From Caulobacteraceae bacterium (GTDB lineage Bacteria; Pseudomonadota; Alphaproteobacteria; Caulobacterales; Caulobacteraceae): DNA of 64,000 nucleotides. The DNA lies in NCBI GenBank assembly GCA_947476555.1, contig CANJRI010000006.1, positions 1,793 to 65,792 of the forward strand, written 5' to 3'. A program made the translations under genes and the position numbers. Below, one piece after another: positions 26,277 through 38,105 of the stretch (positions are counted from its first letter, which is position 1; each line of letters begins with the position of its first letter). Under the pieces are notes generated by a model. That model saw only the letters and a program-made list of their open reading frames with translations. It did no database searches and had not been told where the DNA came from.

Positions 26277-27032
26277 ATGTCAAAGGACCACGACCGCGAG
26301 ATCGAAGCGCTGCAGCTGCCCCTGGTGCGCTGGCAGCAGCAGGCCATGGAGGGCGCCCAGAAGGTCGCCATCGTCTTCGAGGGCCGCGACGCGGCCGGTA
26401 AGGACGGGGCGATCCGGGTGCTGACCGAGCACCTTTCCGTACGCGCCACGCGGGTGGCCGCCCTGTCCAAGCCGTCGGATCGCGATCGCAGCCAGTGGTT
26501 CTTCCAGCGCTATGTGGCGTATCTGCCGGCCGGCGGCGAGACCACCATCTTCAACCGCTCCTGGTACAACCGCGCCGGGGTCGAGCGGGTGATGGGCTTC
26601 TCCACGCCCGAGGAGCAGGAGACCTTCCTGCGCGACGTCCCGGCTTTCGAGGCCATGCTGATGGGCAGCGGCCTGACCCTGGTCAAGTTCTGGCTGGACG
26701 TCTCCAAGGCCGAGCAGGCCAAGCGGCTGAAGGAACGTCGGACCGATCCCCTGAAGGCGCTGAAGACCTCGCCCCTGGACGCGGCCGCCCAGGAGCGATG
26801 GGACGACTACACCAAAGCCCGCGACGAGATGCTGACCCGCACCTCCAGCCCCGACGCGCCGTGGATATGCGTCCGTTCCGACCACAAGCATGCCGCCCGG
26901 GTCGCCATACTCAGCTATCTGGTCCAGACCCTCGCGCCCAAGAAACTGGCCAAGGCCGCGCCGGCGCCCGACCCGAAGATATTGTTCGCCTTCGAGGCCG
27001 CCGCGCTCACCGACGGGCGGCTGGAGCGCTGA
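26277..27032 (+). CDS. ppk2: Polyphosphate kinase 2 (single domain)
   Basis: FEGRDAAGKDGAI, FNRSWYNRAG, KFWLDVSKAEQ. Confidence 0.92.
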   Translation: MSKDHDREIEALQLPLVRWQQQAMEGAQKVAIVFEGRDAAGKDGAIRVLTEHLSVRATRVAALSKPSDRDRSQWFFQRYVAYLPAGGETTIFNRSWYNRAGVERVMGFSTPEEQETFLRDVPAFEAMLMGSGLTLVKFWLDVSKAEQAKRLKERRTDPLKALKTSPLDAAAQERWDDYTKARDEMLTRTSSPDAPWICVRSDHKHAARVAILSYLVQTLAPKKLAKAAPAPDPKILFAFEAAALTDGRLER

Positions 27033-27039
27033 GGGGGCG

Positions 27040-28245
27040 ATGACGGAGACGCTGACCGCCGCCCAGGCGCGGCGCATGGCGCTGGCCGCGCAGGGTTTTG
27101 GCCGGCGGCCGGGCAGGCCGGTCGCGCGCCGCGACCTGGCCGCCCTCGTGGAGCGACTGGGCGTCGTCCAGATCGACTCGGTCAACGTGGTCTCGCGCAC
27201 CCACTACCTGCCGGCCTTCTCGCGGTTGGGCGCCTACGACCGCAGCCTGCTGGAGGATCTGGCCTGGGGCCGGCGCAAGGGGCTGTTCGAGTACTGGGCG
27301 CATGAGGCGAGCCTGCTGCCGCTGGCCAGCCAGCCGCTGTTCCGCTGGCGGATGCAGGACGCCCATGACGGCGTCGGCGTCTGGAAGGGCGTCGCCCGCT
27401 TCCTGCGCGAGCGCCGCGCGTTCGTGGATCGTGTGAAGGCCGAGATCGCTACGCGCGGCCCGCTGTCCGCCTCGGACCTGGAGATGGGCCACAAGGGCGA
27501 GGGCGGCTGGTGGGGCTGGAGCGAGGCCAAGCGTGCGCTGGAGGGCCTGTTCTGGACCGGCGAGCTGACCTGCGCCACCCGGCGCGGGACCTTCGAGCGG
27601 GTCTACGGCCTCCCTGAGGCTGCGCTGCCCCGCGCGGTTGTCGAGGCGCCGACCCCGGCCCGCGAGGAAGCCCAGCGCCAACTCCTGCGGATCGCCGCTC
27701 GGGCCATGGGCGTCGCCACCGAGCGCGACCTGCGCGACTATTTTCGCATGGGTGTGGCCGAGACCAAGGCCCGCCTCGCCGAGCTGGTGGAGGCCGGCGA
27801 CCTCACGCCGGTGAGCGTGAAGGGCTGGCGCGAGGCGGCCTTCCTCGATCCGGCCGCCCGCCGGCCGCGCCGGGTCGAGGGCTGCGCCCTGCTTTCCCCG
27901 TTCGACAACCTGATCTGGTTCCGCGAACGCACCGAGCGGATGTTCGGGGTGAAGGTGCGGCTGGAGATCTACACACCCGCCCACAAGCGCACCCACGGCT
28001 ACTACGTCCTGCCGTTCCTGGAGAACGAGGCGATCACCGCCCGCGTCGACCTGAAGGCCGACCGCAAGGCCGGCGTGCTCATCGTCCAGGCCAGCCACGC
28101 CGAGCCCTGGGCGGGCGAGCGGACGCCGGCCCGCCTGGCCGCCGAACTGAAGCTGATGGCCGGCTGGCTGGGCCTCGACCGGGTGCGGGTGGAGGCGCGC
28201 GGCGATCTTGCCGAGGCGCTGGCGGAAGACGTGGCCGCGCCTTAA
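27040..28245 (+). CDS. ycaQ: YcaQ/AlkZ-family (HTH_42) DNA crosslink glycosylase
   Basis: VQIDSVNVV, FEYWAHEAS, LLSPFDNLIW, YRLE-like VRLEIYTPAHKR, GYYVLPFL. Confidence 0.85.
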   Translation: MTETLTAAQARRMALAAQGFGRRPGRPVARRDLAALVERLGVVQIDSVNVVSRTHYLPAFSRLGAYDRSLLEDLAWGRRKGLFEYWAHEASLLPLASQPLFRWRMQDAHDGVGVWKGVARFLRERRAFVDRVKAEIATRGPLSASDLEMGHKGEGGWWGWSEAKRALEGLFWTGELTCATRRGTFERVYGLPEAALPRAVVEAPTPAREEAQRQLLRIAARAMGVATERDLRDYFRMGVAETKARLAELVEAGDLTPVSVKGWREAAFLDPAARRPRRVEGCALLSPFDNLIWFRERTERMFGVKVRLEIYTPAHKRTHGYYVLPFLENEAITARVDLKADRKAGVLIVQASHAEPWAGERTPARLAAELKLMAGWLGLDRVRVEARGDLAEALAEDVAAP

Positions 28246-28256
28246 AGGATGCGCCC

Positions 28257-29246
28257 ATGATCGCCCCCGCCCCCCTGCCGGACGCCGTCCCCGCCAACTG
28301 GGTGGATCGGCGCGCGCCCGCGGCCTTGCGGCCCTGGCTGCGGCTGGGGCGGTTCGACCGGCCGACGGGCATCTGGCTCTTGATGCTCCCGGGCTGGCAG
28401 GGGATCGCGCTCGCCGCCGCCATGCAGGGAAGCCTGCCCGATCCGGTTTTGCTGGTGCTGTTCTTCCTCGGCGCGGCCCTGATGCGGGCGGCGGGCTGCG
28501 CCTACAACGACATCGTCGATAAGGACTTCGACGCCAAGGTGGCGCGCACCGCCGGGCGGCCCATCCCCTCCGGCCAGATCAGCGTGAAGCAGGCCTGGGC
28601 CTTCGTCGCCGGCTGCTGCCTGGCCTCCCTGGCGATCCTGCTGGCGCTTTCGCCGCTGGCGGTTGCGCTCGGCGTGGCCTCCCTGGGGCTGGTGGCGGCC
28701 TATCCGTTCATGAAGCGGATCACCTGGTGGCCGCAGGCCTGGCTTGGCCTCACCTTCAACTGGGGCGCGCTTCTGGGGTTTGCGGCGGCGACCGGCGTCT
28801 CGGCCGCTGTGGCGGGTTGGACCTTCTTCGCGGAGGGATGGCTGGTCTGGATCCCGGGCACTCTCGCCCTGCCGGCGGTGCTGCTTTACGCCTCGGGGGT
28901 ATTCTGGACCCTGGGCTACGACACCCTCTACGCCATCCAGGATCTGGAGGACGACGCCCTGGCCGGGGTCAAGTCCTCGGCGCGGCGGCTGGGCGCTGCG
29001 GCCCGGTTCGCAGTGATGGGGTTCTACGCCGTGGCCCTGGCCCTGGCCCTGGCGGCCGGAATGACGGCCGGCCTGTCGGTGCTGTTCCTGGCCTTCATGC
29101 TGCCCTACGCCGTCCAGCTGTTGGGCCAGGGGCTGCGCGCGCGCATCGACGATCCGGCGCGCGCGCTTCGGCTCTTCAAATCCAACGCCTGGGCGGGATT
29201 GCTGCTGTTCCTCGCCATCCTGGCTGGATCGATGCATCCCGCCTGA
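28257..29246 (+). CDS. ubiA: 4-hydroxybenzoate polyprenyltransferase
   Basis: RFDRPTG, NDIVDKDFD...RTAGRP, YPFMKR, YDTLYAIQD. Confidence 0.95.
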   Translation: MIAPAPLPDAVPANWVDRRAPAALRPWLRLGRFDRPTGIWLLMLPGWQGIALAAAMQGSLPDPVLLVLFFLGAALMRAAGCAYNDIVDKDFDAKVARTAGRPIPSGQISVKQAWAFVAGCCLASLAILLALSPLAVALGVASLGLVAAYPFMKRITWWPQAWLGLTFNWGALLGFAAATGVSAAVAGWTFFAEGWLVWIPGTLALPAVLLYASGVFWTLGYDTLYAIQDLEDDALAGVKSSARRLGAAARFAVMGFYAVALALALAAGMTAGLSVLFLAFMLPYAVQLLGQGLRARIDDPARALRLFKSNAWAGLLLFLAILAGSMHPA

Positions 29247-29255
29247 GGCCGGGCC

Positions 29256-31292
29256 TCACCAGTCTTTCCGCAGGCGCACGATGAGCGTCGGTTCGTAGTC
29301 GACCACCTGGCGCTCTGTTCCCCTCACGATCCCGGCCGATCGCGCCCGGGCGTAGAGTTCGCGGGCGAGGGTGTCGCGACGCCCGGTCGCCTGCTCCACG
29401 CCGACGCGAAGGCTAAGGTCTGGCGAGGGCCGCCAGTCCCAGTAGACGGTCAACCGGAGTTCGGCGATCTCGTGCCGGACCTGGTTCAGCCGGTAGACCC
29501 GGTTACCGTTGCGCAGGTCCGCTTCGAGGGTGAAGGTCGATTTCAGCCGCTGGATGTCCTGCGTGAAGCGCAGATTGCCTGAGAACGGGACCTCCTCGGA
29601 GATGCGGCGCCTGGCGCCGGTCACCGGGTCGGTCACCTTCGAACGGCGCCAGAAAAGCTCGCCGGTCAAAAGGCCGCCCGCCAGCCCCACCCGCTCGAGA
29701 GGGAGGGTCGCGACCAAGTCCAGCTCGTCGCGGGTCCCCCGGCCGATGTTCCCGGGCGCGTCGAACCGGCCGAGCACGGGCAGGACGTCGATGACGTCCT
29801 GCAGTTCCTTGTGCCGCACGGTCACCACCAGCGCGCCCTTGGCCCAGAACCGGCGCTCGCCCATCGCCTCGAACACCCAGGCGCGCTCCGGCTCCAGGTC
29901 GGCCCCGCCGGCGTCGACGGTGCCGGTGGAGAACTCGGTGGAGGTGGTGAAGTCGGCGAAGTCGAGCTGGCCCACCTCGCGCTCCACGCGCACCCGGCCC
30001 TGGGTGCTTGGGTCGGGCCGCCAGGTGGCGATCAGCCGGGGCTTGGGGAAGAAGAGCGACTTCGACTGATTGGTGTCGCCGCGCTGGCGAAGGGTGGAAA
30101 ACTCGAAGCGGGAGCCGGCCTCGATCGATAGGGCCGAAGCCGGGTTCCAGAAGGCGGTGGCGAAGGCCTCCCCTCGCTTCTCGGAGACCCGCACATTGGC
30201 GTTGGGCAGGGTGACCGGCGCGCCGCCCGCCGTGACCGTGGCGTTCGCCTCTAGGAAATTGTACGCGACTTCGCCGCCGCCCTCGAACGAAAGGGCGGCC
30301 GACGGCGCGGCGGTGAGGACGGCCCGCAGGATGCTTTCCCCGGCCTTCTCCTCGTCGTCGGCCGTATCGAGGCCGCTGTCGCCGCTTGCCTCCTCCAGAT
30401 TGCGATCGCGCTCCAGGGTCTGCAGGGCGATCACCCGCAGGGTGCTGGCCGCGCTGAGGTCGCTGGTCCACTCCAGGCCGGCCTCGCTGCCCCGGCTCCG
30501 GAAGTCCCGCGCCAGCGCATCCGAGCCGAGGAACAGGCCGCCGGCGTTCGACAGCGCCTGTGTATCGCGCACCCGCTCGGTGTCGTCCGAATAGCTAAGG
30601 GTGAAGCGCATCGTATTCGCCGGCCGCCGCAGCTCGGCGGCGAAGCTTGCCGCCAGGTTCCGATCGCGGCCCACAGTCTCGTAGGGCCCCGACGAGACCA
30701 GGCCGCCGGCCGCGTCGTGGAACGTCAGCTCGCCCTCGCCCGGGTCGTGCTCGCCGTCCAGACTGGCCGCCGCTTCCAGGGACAGATCGGCCGAACGGCG
30801 CGACCATTCGGCCTCTAGGGAGGGCAGGGGCCGGCCGCTGGGATAGAGCTTGCCGCCGACCGTGGTCGCCAGGCTGCTGGCGGCCCGACGCGAGCGGACC
30901 ACATTGGCGACGATCGACTGGCCCTGCATGTCGAAGCCGGGCGTGGCGCCGCGCACCAGCTCGATGCGTTCAACGAAGTCGGCCGGGATTCGCTTGAGCA
31001 GCGATTCCAGCGAGACCGCCTTGGAGGCGGGCCGTTCGCCGTCGATCAGCACATTGCCGCCAGAGCCGGCGAAGCCGCGCAGTTCGCTCCCGCCCGAGAA
31101 GGCGAAGCCTGGCAGGCGCGCCAGCATGTCGAAGGCGTTATCCGGGCGGGCCTCCGCGAAGAACGCCGGCGGATAGGCGATCACCCCCGAGGCCGCCGCC
31201 TCCGGAGCCGCCAGAGCCGCGTCGGCCAGGGCGCTCGGTGTTGGTTCGCCCTGCACCGCGGCCGCGGCGGCGATGACAAGCGCCAGATTCAT
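29256..31292 (-). CDS. TonB-dependent receptor, paralogue of 19592-21628 (678 aa)
   Basis: GNVLIDGERPASK...IPADFVERIELVRG; same subfamily motifs; terminal W. Confidence 0.85.
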   Translation of the reverse strand: MNLALVIAAAAAVQGEPTPSALADAALAAPEAAASGVIAYPPAFFAEARPDNAFDMLARLPGFAFSGGSELRGFAGSGGNVLIDGERPASKAVSLESLLKRIPADFVERIELVRGATPGFDMQGQSIVANVVRSRRAASSLATTVGGKLYPSGRPLPSLEAEWSRRSADLSLEAAASLDGEHDPGEGELTFHDAAGGLVSSGPYETVGRDRNLAASFAAELRRPANTMRFTLSYSDDTERVRDTQALSNAGGLFLGSDALARDFRSRGSEAGLEWTSDLSAASTLRVIALQTLERDRNLEEASGDSGLDTADDEEKAGESILRAVLTAAPSAALSFEGGGEVAYNFLEANATVTAGGAPVTLPNANVRVSEKRGEAFATAFWNPASALSIEAGSRFEFSTLRQRGDTNQSKSLFFPKPRLIATWRPDPSTQGRVRVEREVGQLDFADFTTSTEFSTGTVDAGGADLEPERAWVFEAMGERRFWAKGALVVTVRHKELQDVIDVLPVLGRFDAPGNIGRGTRDELDLVATLPLERVGLAGGLLTGELFWRRSKVTDPVTGARRRISEEVPFSGNLRFTQDIQRLKSTFTLEADLRNGNRVYRLNQVRHEIAELRLTVYWDWRPSPDLSLRVGVEQATGRRDTLARELYARARSAGIVRGTERQVVDYEPTLIVRLRKDW

Positions 31293-31474
31293 TGGGGACC
31301 CGCGGCTTCGGAAGCTTAGCTATGGGGAAATGGTCGTGGGGAATTGTGTCGCTGTATAGGCCCGGCGGAAGCGAGAGGAACCCCCGGTAGGGATATTGCT
31401 CGTCCAGCGTGCTTGGTGGCTTTTAAGTTCGCACCGGCGCGACCCTGATCGGGGCGAACTTCAACGCCCGCACA

Positions 31475-32905
31475 CTAGACGCTGGTCCCGCCCACCGTCA
31501 GGCCGGCGAGCTTCAGCGAGGGCTGGCCGACACCGACCGGTACGCCCTGTCCGCCCTTGCCACAGACCCCGATGCCGGGATCGAAGTCGAAGTCGTCGCC
31601 GATCATCGTCACCTGGGTGAGGCAGGATGGGCCGTCGCCGATCAGCGTGGCGCCCTTCACCGGGGTCGTGATCTTGCCGTTCTCGATCAGGTAGGCCTCG
31701 GTGCACTGGAAGACGAACTTGCCGTTGGTGATGTCCACCTGGCCGCCGCCCAGGCTGGCGCAGAAGATCCCGCGCTTGGTCGAGGCGATCATCTCCGCCT
31801 GGCTGTGTTCGCCGCCCAGCATGCCGGTGTTGGTCATCCGGGGCATGGGCATGTGGGCGAAGGACTGGCGACGCGCGTTGCCGGTGGCTTCAAGTCCCAT
31901 CAGTCGGGCGCTCATCCGGTCGTGCATGTAGCCGGTGAGGATGCCGTCCTCGATCAGGATGGTGCGGCTGGTGGGCGTGCCCTCGTCGTCGACGGTCAGC
32001 GAACCCCGGCGGCCGAGGATGGAGCCATCATCGAAGACGGTGACGCCCGGCGCGGCGACGCGCTCGCCGATCCGGCCGGAGAAGGCCGAGGTGCCCTTGC
32101 GGTTGAAATCCCCTTCCAGGCCGTGGCCCACCGCCTCGTGCAGCAGCACGCCGTTCCAGCCGGGTCCCAGCACCACATCCATCTCGCCGGCCGGGCAGGG
32201 CACGGCGTCCAGGTTGACCAGCGCCTGGCGCAGGGCCTCGTCGACGTAGGCCCGCCATTTCTCCGGCGTGATCCAGGTCTCGAAGCCGGCCCGGCCGCCG
32301 GCGCCGATGTAGCCCTGCTCGCGCCGACCGTCGCGCTCGACGGTGACCTGGATGTTGATGCGGGACAGCGGCCGCACGTCGCGGATCAGCCGGCCGTCGG
32401 CGCGGACGATCTCCACCGTGCGGCGCTCCCCGGCCAGGGAGGCCATCACCTGCACGACCCGTGGGTCACGGGCGCGGGCCCAGGCGTCGATCTCCTGTAG
32501 CAGGGCCACCTTGTCCGAGAAGGCCGGCGACTCCAGCGGATTGTCGTCGCCATAGAGCTTGGCGTTGGTGGGCCGTGGCCCCTCCGCGGCCTGGCCGGCA
32601 TAGCCGCGCTTGGCCAGGGCGGCGCTGTCGGCGGCCCTGCGGATCGCGGCCTCGGAGATCTCGCTGGCGTGGGCGTAGCCCGCCGTCTCCCCGGCCACCA
32701 CGCGCAGGCCGAAGCCCTCGGTCGCGTCATAGGCGGCCGACTTCAGCCGGCCGTCGTCGAACAGGAACGATTCGCTTTCCGCTCGTTCAACGAACAGCTC
32801 GCCGTCGTCGGCGCCCGCCAGGGCGGCGCCCAGGATTTCTCCGGCCCGTCTGGGGTCCACGCCGGAGGAGTCGAGGATGGAGGGGGAGGAGACTGGCGCG
32901 TTCAT
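31475..32905 (-). CDS. tldD: TldD metalloprotease
   Basis: LLHEAVGHGLEGD, DDEG, MPRMTNT, GKFVF, CGKGGQ. Confidence 0.95.
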   Translation of the reverse strand: MNAPVSSPSILDSSGVDPRRAGEILGAALAGADDGELFVERAESESFLFDDGRLKSAAYDATEGFGLRVVAGETAGYAHASEISEAAIRRAADSAALAKRGYAGQAAEGPRPTNAKLYGDDNPLESPAFSDKVALLQEIDAWARARDPRVVQVMASLAGERRTVEIVRADGRLIRDVRPLSRINIQVTVERDGRREQGYIGAGGRAGFETWITPEKWRAYVDEALRQALVNLDAVPCPAGEMDVVLGPGWNGVLLHEAVGHGLEGDFNRKGTSAFSGRIGERVAAPGVTVFDDGSILGRRGSLTVDDEGTPTSRTILIEDGILTGYMHDRMSARLMGLEATGNARRQSFAHMPMPRMTNTGMLGGEHSQAEMIASTKRGIFCASLGGGQVDITNGKFVFQCTEAYLIENGKITTPVKGATLIGDGPSCLTQVTMIGDDFDFDPGIGVCGKGGQGVPVGVGQPSLKLAGLTVGGTSV

Positions 32906-33032
32906 CGCCTGAAGATAGGGCCTCGATCAGGCGGCGTCACCCGGCGGCGAACAAGCTTGGCCATAGCAACCTTGGCTTTGATGACTCGTTGAACGGCCGT
33001 CCGCGGGTCTCCCCCGCGCTGCGTGGAGTGAA

Positions 33033-33749
33033 GTGTTGGCGTTCGTGGTGTTCGCGGGGCAGTCGAATGCGGTCGGTTTCGGGATGACCCCGGACCTGCT
33101 CCCGGCCGTGTCCCAGGCGATCCACTGGGGAACCTATATCTGGAACCAGGACGCCGGCGGGTTCGAGGTGATGATCCCCGGCGTCAACACCGGAACGGCC
33201 GGCTGCCCGCAGGCGTGGGGCCCCGAGGTCGCCTATGCCGAGGCGTTTCGCCGCGACCACCCCGACGAGCCGCTCTACATCGTCAAATCGGCCAAGGGCT
33301 CAACCGGCTTGGCTCAGGACGATGCGCATCTGGATTGGTCCCCCGCTTCCGAGGGCGAACTTTTCGACCTCACCGCCGACGAAATTCAGGCTGCCCGGGC
33401 GGCGGCGGGCGGGCCGCCGGTGGACGCCGTCATGCTGATGCAGGGCGAGCAGGACGCCTTCGACGCGGTGGCCGCCGCCGCCTATGCGGACAACCTGCGG
33501 GACTGGCTGACCGCCATCCGGGCGGAATGGATGGATGAACCCGACGGCCATATCGTCATCGGCCGCATCAACGACGACGCCCCGGTCTACGCGGACGTGG
33601 TGCGCCAGGCCCAGGCGCTGGTCGACGCCGAGGATCCCCATGCCATGTCGGTCGAGACCTCGCACCTGGCGATGCAGGCCGACCAGATCCATTACGCGGC
33701 CGACTCCTATATGCGGATCGGCCAGGGACTTTACGACGCCTGGTTCTGA
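33033..33749 (+). CDS. SGNH esterase of the sialate O-acetylesterase (SASA/DUF303, CE6-like) family
   Basis: FAGQSNAVG (Ser), MQGE, DQIH (DxxH); GTG start with GGAG upstream. Confidence 0.82.
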   Translation: MLAFVVFAGQSNAVGFGMTPDLLPAVSQAIHWGTYIWNQDAGGFEVMIPGVNTGTAGCPQAWGPEVAYAEAFRRDHPDEPLYIVKSAKGSTGLAQDDAHLDWSPASEGELFDLTADEIQAARAAAGGPPVDAVMLMQGEQDAFDAVAAAAYADNLRDWLTAIRAEWMDEPDGHIVIGRINDDAPVYADVVRQAQALVDAEDPHAMSVETSHLAMQADQIHYAADSYMRIGQGLYDAWF

Positions 33750-34108
33750 GGCGTCGGCCCGCGTGGCGGGCGAGTAGGATCGTGGCCCCAGTTCATCAGC
33801 GACCAACGCCAGCGGCTTCGGCTGACATCGCCGAACGGGCGTTGGGCCAGGTGCCGGCGCCGGAAGGCGACGACCTTGCGCATATGGTCGTGGTCGGCCT
33901 CGGTCAGTCCGTCGTCGGGGGTGGTCAGGATCGCCAGGATGCGGCGCGCCGACTGGCGGCCAACTGATTCGGCCTCGCCTCGCCGCGTCGTCCCCACCTT
34001 GTGGCTCTCGGGCGTGTCAAGGAAGGCCGAAAGTTCGCCGGCCGTAAGGTTGGTGAGGCGCCGGAATTCGGCCCGGATGGCCGCCAGTTGCGCGGGATCG
34101 GCGTGCAT
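33731..34108 (-). CDS. DUF3140 family protein
   Basis: TPESHKVG, ESVGRQS, HMRKVV...HLAQRP, WRWSLMNWGHDP. Confidence 0.8.
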   Translation of the reverse strand: MHADPAQLAAIRAEFRRLTNLTAGELSAFLDTPESHKVGTTRRGEAESVGRQSARRILAILTTPDDGLTEADHDHMRKVVAFRRRHLAQRPFGDVSRSRWRWSLMNWGHDPTRPPRGPTPQNQAS

Positions 34109-34332
34109 TCGGATCGACTTTCCGGAGGATTGGGGGCGGATCGGCCGGCCATCGGCGCCGCCTGCCCACTGAACCGCCGCAACCGCCTTGGCAAGCTCCT
34201 GGGATGCGCGTATGGACCCCCCCGAGTGGGCTTGGCGCGCGCCAGCGAGTGCGTCTGCGCGCCTGTTCTGTATAGTCGTCGGAGCCTCGCCTTCTCAGGC
34301 GCGCCGCCGCCGGCCAGCCAGACCGAGGGGAC

Positions 34333-36950
<2,618 letters not shown>

Positions 36951-36974
36951 CCGGGCCGGCATAGGGAAAAGGGG

Positions 36975-37000
36975 GGGCGCGTTCCGGTCGGAGCGCGCCC
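36975..37000. terminator. GC-rich hairpin downstream of ctaD (possible terminator or processing stem)
   Basis: 11-bp stem GGGCGCGTTCC/GGAGCGCGCCC with a 4-nt loop; U-tract is weak. Confidence 0.4.
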
Positions 37001-37013
37001 TTCCCGCGTTAGG

Positions 37014-37125
37014 GAGCGCGTTCAGCAAAAGTGGCTCCACTTTTGCGCCCGGAATGCGCTCCAAGCTTTTGATGACGAGCCTGTTTATCCGGTTCAGGCG
37101 ATTCCGCCTGAACCGGACAGGCTCT
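37014..37125. repeat. Composite two-hairpin CIR-like element (variant A copy 2 plus GANTC-loop hairpin)
   Basis: 37014-37064 identical to 25410-25460; second hairpin GAGCCTGT..CCGGTTCAGGCG-ATTC-CGCCTGAACCGG-ACAGGCTC with GATTC at 37100-37104. Confidence 0.85.
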
Positions 37126-37139
37126 TGCGAGTAAGATCG

Positions 37140-38105
37140 ATGGCCATGGCCACGGCCCACCCCACCGCCGCACCTGCCCGCTGGCAGGATTTCCTGCAGC
37201 TCCTGAAGCCGCGGGTGATGTCGCTGGTGATCTTCACCGCGCTCACCGGCCTGGTCTGCGCGCCCGCAAAGGTGAACCCGATCCTCGGCGCCGTGGCGAT
37301 CCTGTGCATCGCCGTGGGAGCCGGCGCGTCCGGAGCGCTGAACATGTGGTTCGACGCCGACATCGACGCCAAGATGCGCCGCACCCGCGCCCGGCCGGTG
37401 CCGGCCGGCAAGGTGCAGGGCGCCGACGCCCTGGCGATGGGGATCGTCCTGTCGCTATTCTCGGTCATGCTGATGGGGATGGCGCTGAACTGGCTGGCGG
37501 CGGCCCTGCTGGCCTTCACCATCCTGTTCTACGCCGTGGTCTACACCATGTGGCTGAAGCGCTGGACCGCGCAGAACATCGTCATCGGCGGCCTCGCCGG
37601 GGCCCTGCCGCCGGTGATCGGCTGGGCGGCGGCCTCCGGCGACGCCCCCCTGAACGCCTGGCTGATGTGCGCCATCATCTTCATGTGGACGCCGCCCCAC
37701 TTCTGGGCCCTGTCGCTCTACACCTCCGAGGACTACGCCAAGGCCGGCGTGCCGATGATGCCGGTGGTCAAGGGCGCGGCCTCCACCCGCCGCCAGATCC
37801 TGATCTACAGCCTGCTGCTGGTTCCCCTCGCCGTGGCGCCGGCCTTCACCGGCCTGGGTGGCTTGGCCTATCTGGCGGTCAGTGGGATCGGGGGCGCGGT
37901 TTTCCTGCTGCTGGCCTTGCGGCTCGCGCGCAGCCGGGCGGGCGATGCGGCCGACCCGCGGAACGACGACGGGCTCTACGACGTCCTGGCCGGCGCCCGG
38001 GACGCGCGCAACCTGTTCGCCTTCTCGATCCTCTATCTGACCCTGCTGTTCGCCACCCTGCTAGGCGAGCACCTGGCCGGGTTTGCGCCGCTGGAGCTGT
38101 TCTAG
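37140..38105 (+). CDS. ctaB: Protoheme IX farnesyltransferase (heme o synthase)
   Basis: LKPRVMSL, DADIDAKMRRTRARP, WTPPHFWALS, DYAKAGVPM. Confidence 0.96.
   Translation: MAMATAHPTAAPARWQDFLQLLKPRVMSLVIFTALTGLVCAPAKVNPILGAVAILCIAVGAGASGALNMWFDADIDAKMRRTRARPVPAGKVQGADALAMGIVLSLFSVMLMGMALNWLAAALLAFTILFYAVVYTMWLKRWTAQNIVIGGLAGALPPVIGWAAASGDAPLNAWLMCAIIFMWTPPHFWALSLYTSEDYAKAGVPMMPVVKGAASTRRQILIYSLLLVPLAVAPAFTGLGGLAYLAVSGIGGAVFLLLALRLARSRAGDAADPRNDDGLYDVLAGARDARNLFAFSILYLTLLFATLLGEHLAGFAPLELF

Noticed and set aside
31293-31474. Possible riboswitch (e.g. cobalamin) upstream of the second TonB receptor
   Set aside because: No B12-box or other conserved riboswitch motif. There is only an AAGTTCGC/GCGAACTT hairpin after tldD and two TGGGGAA repeats that I cannot assign.
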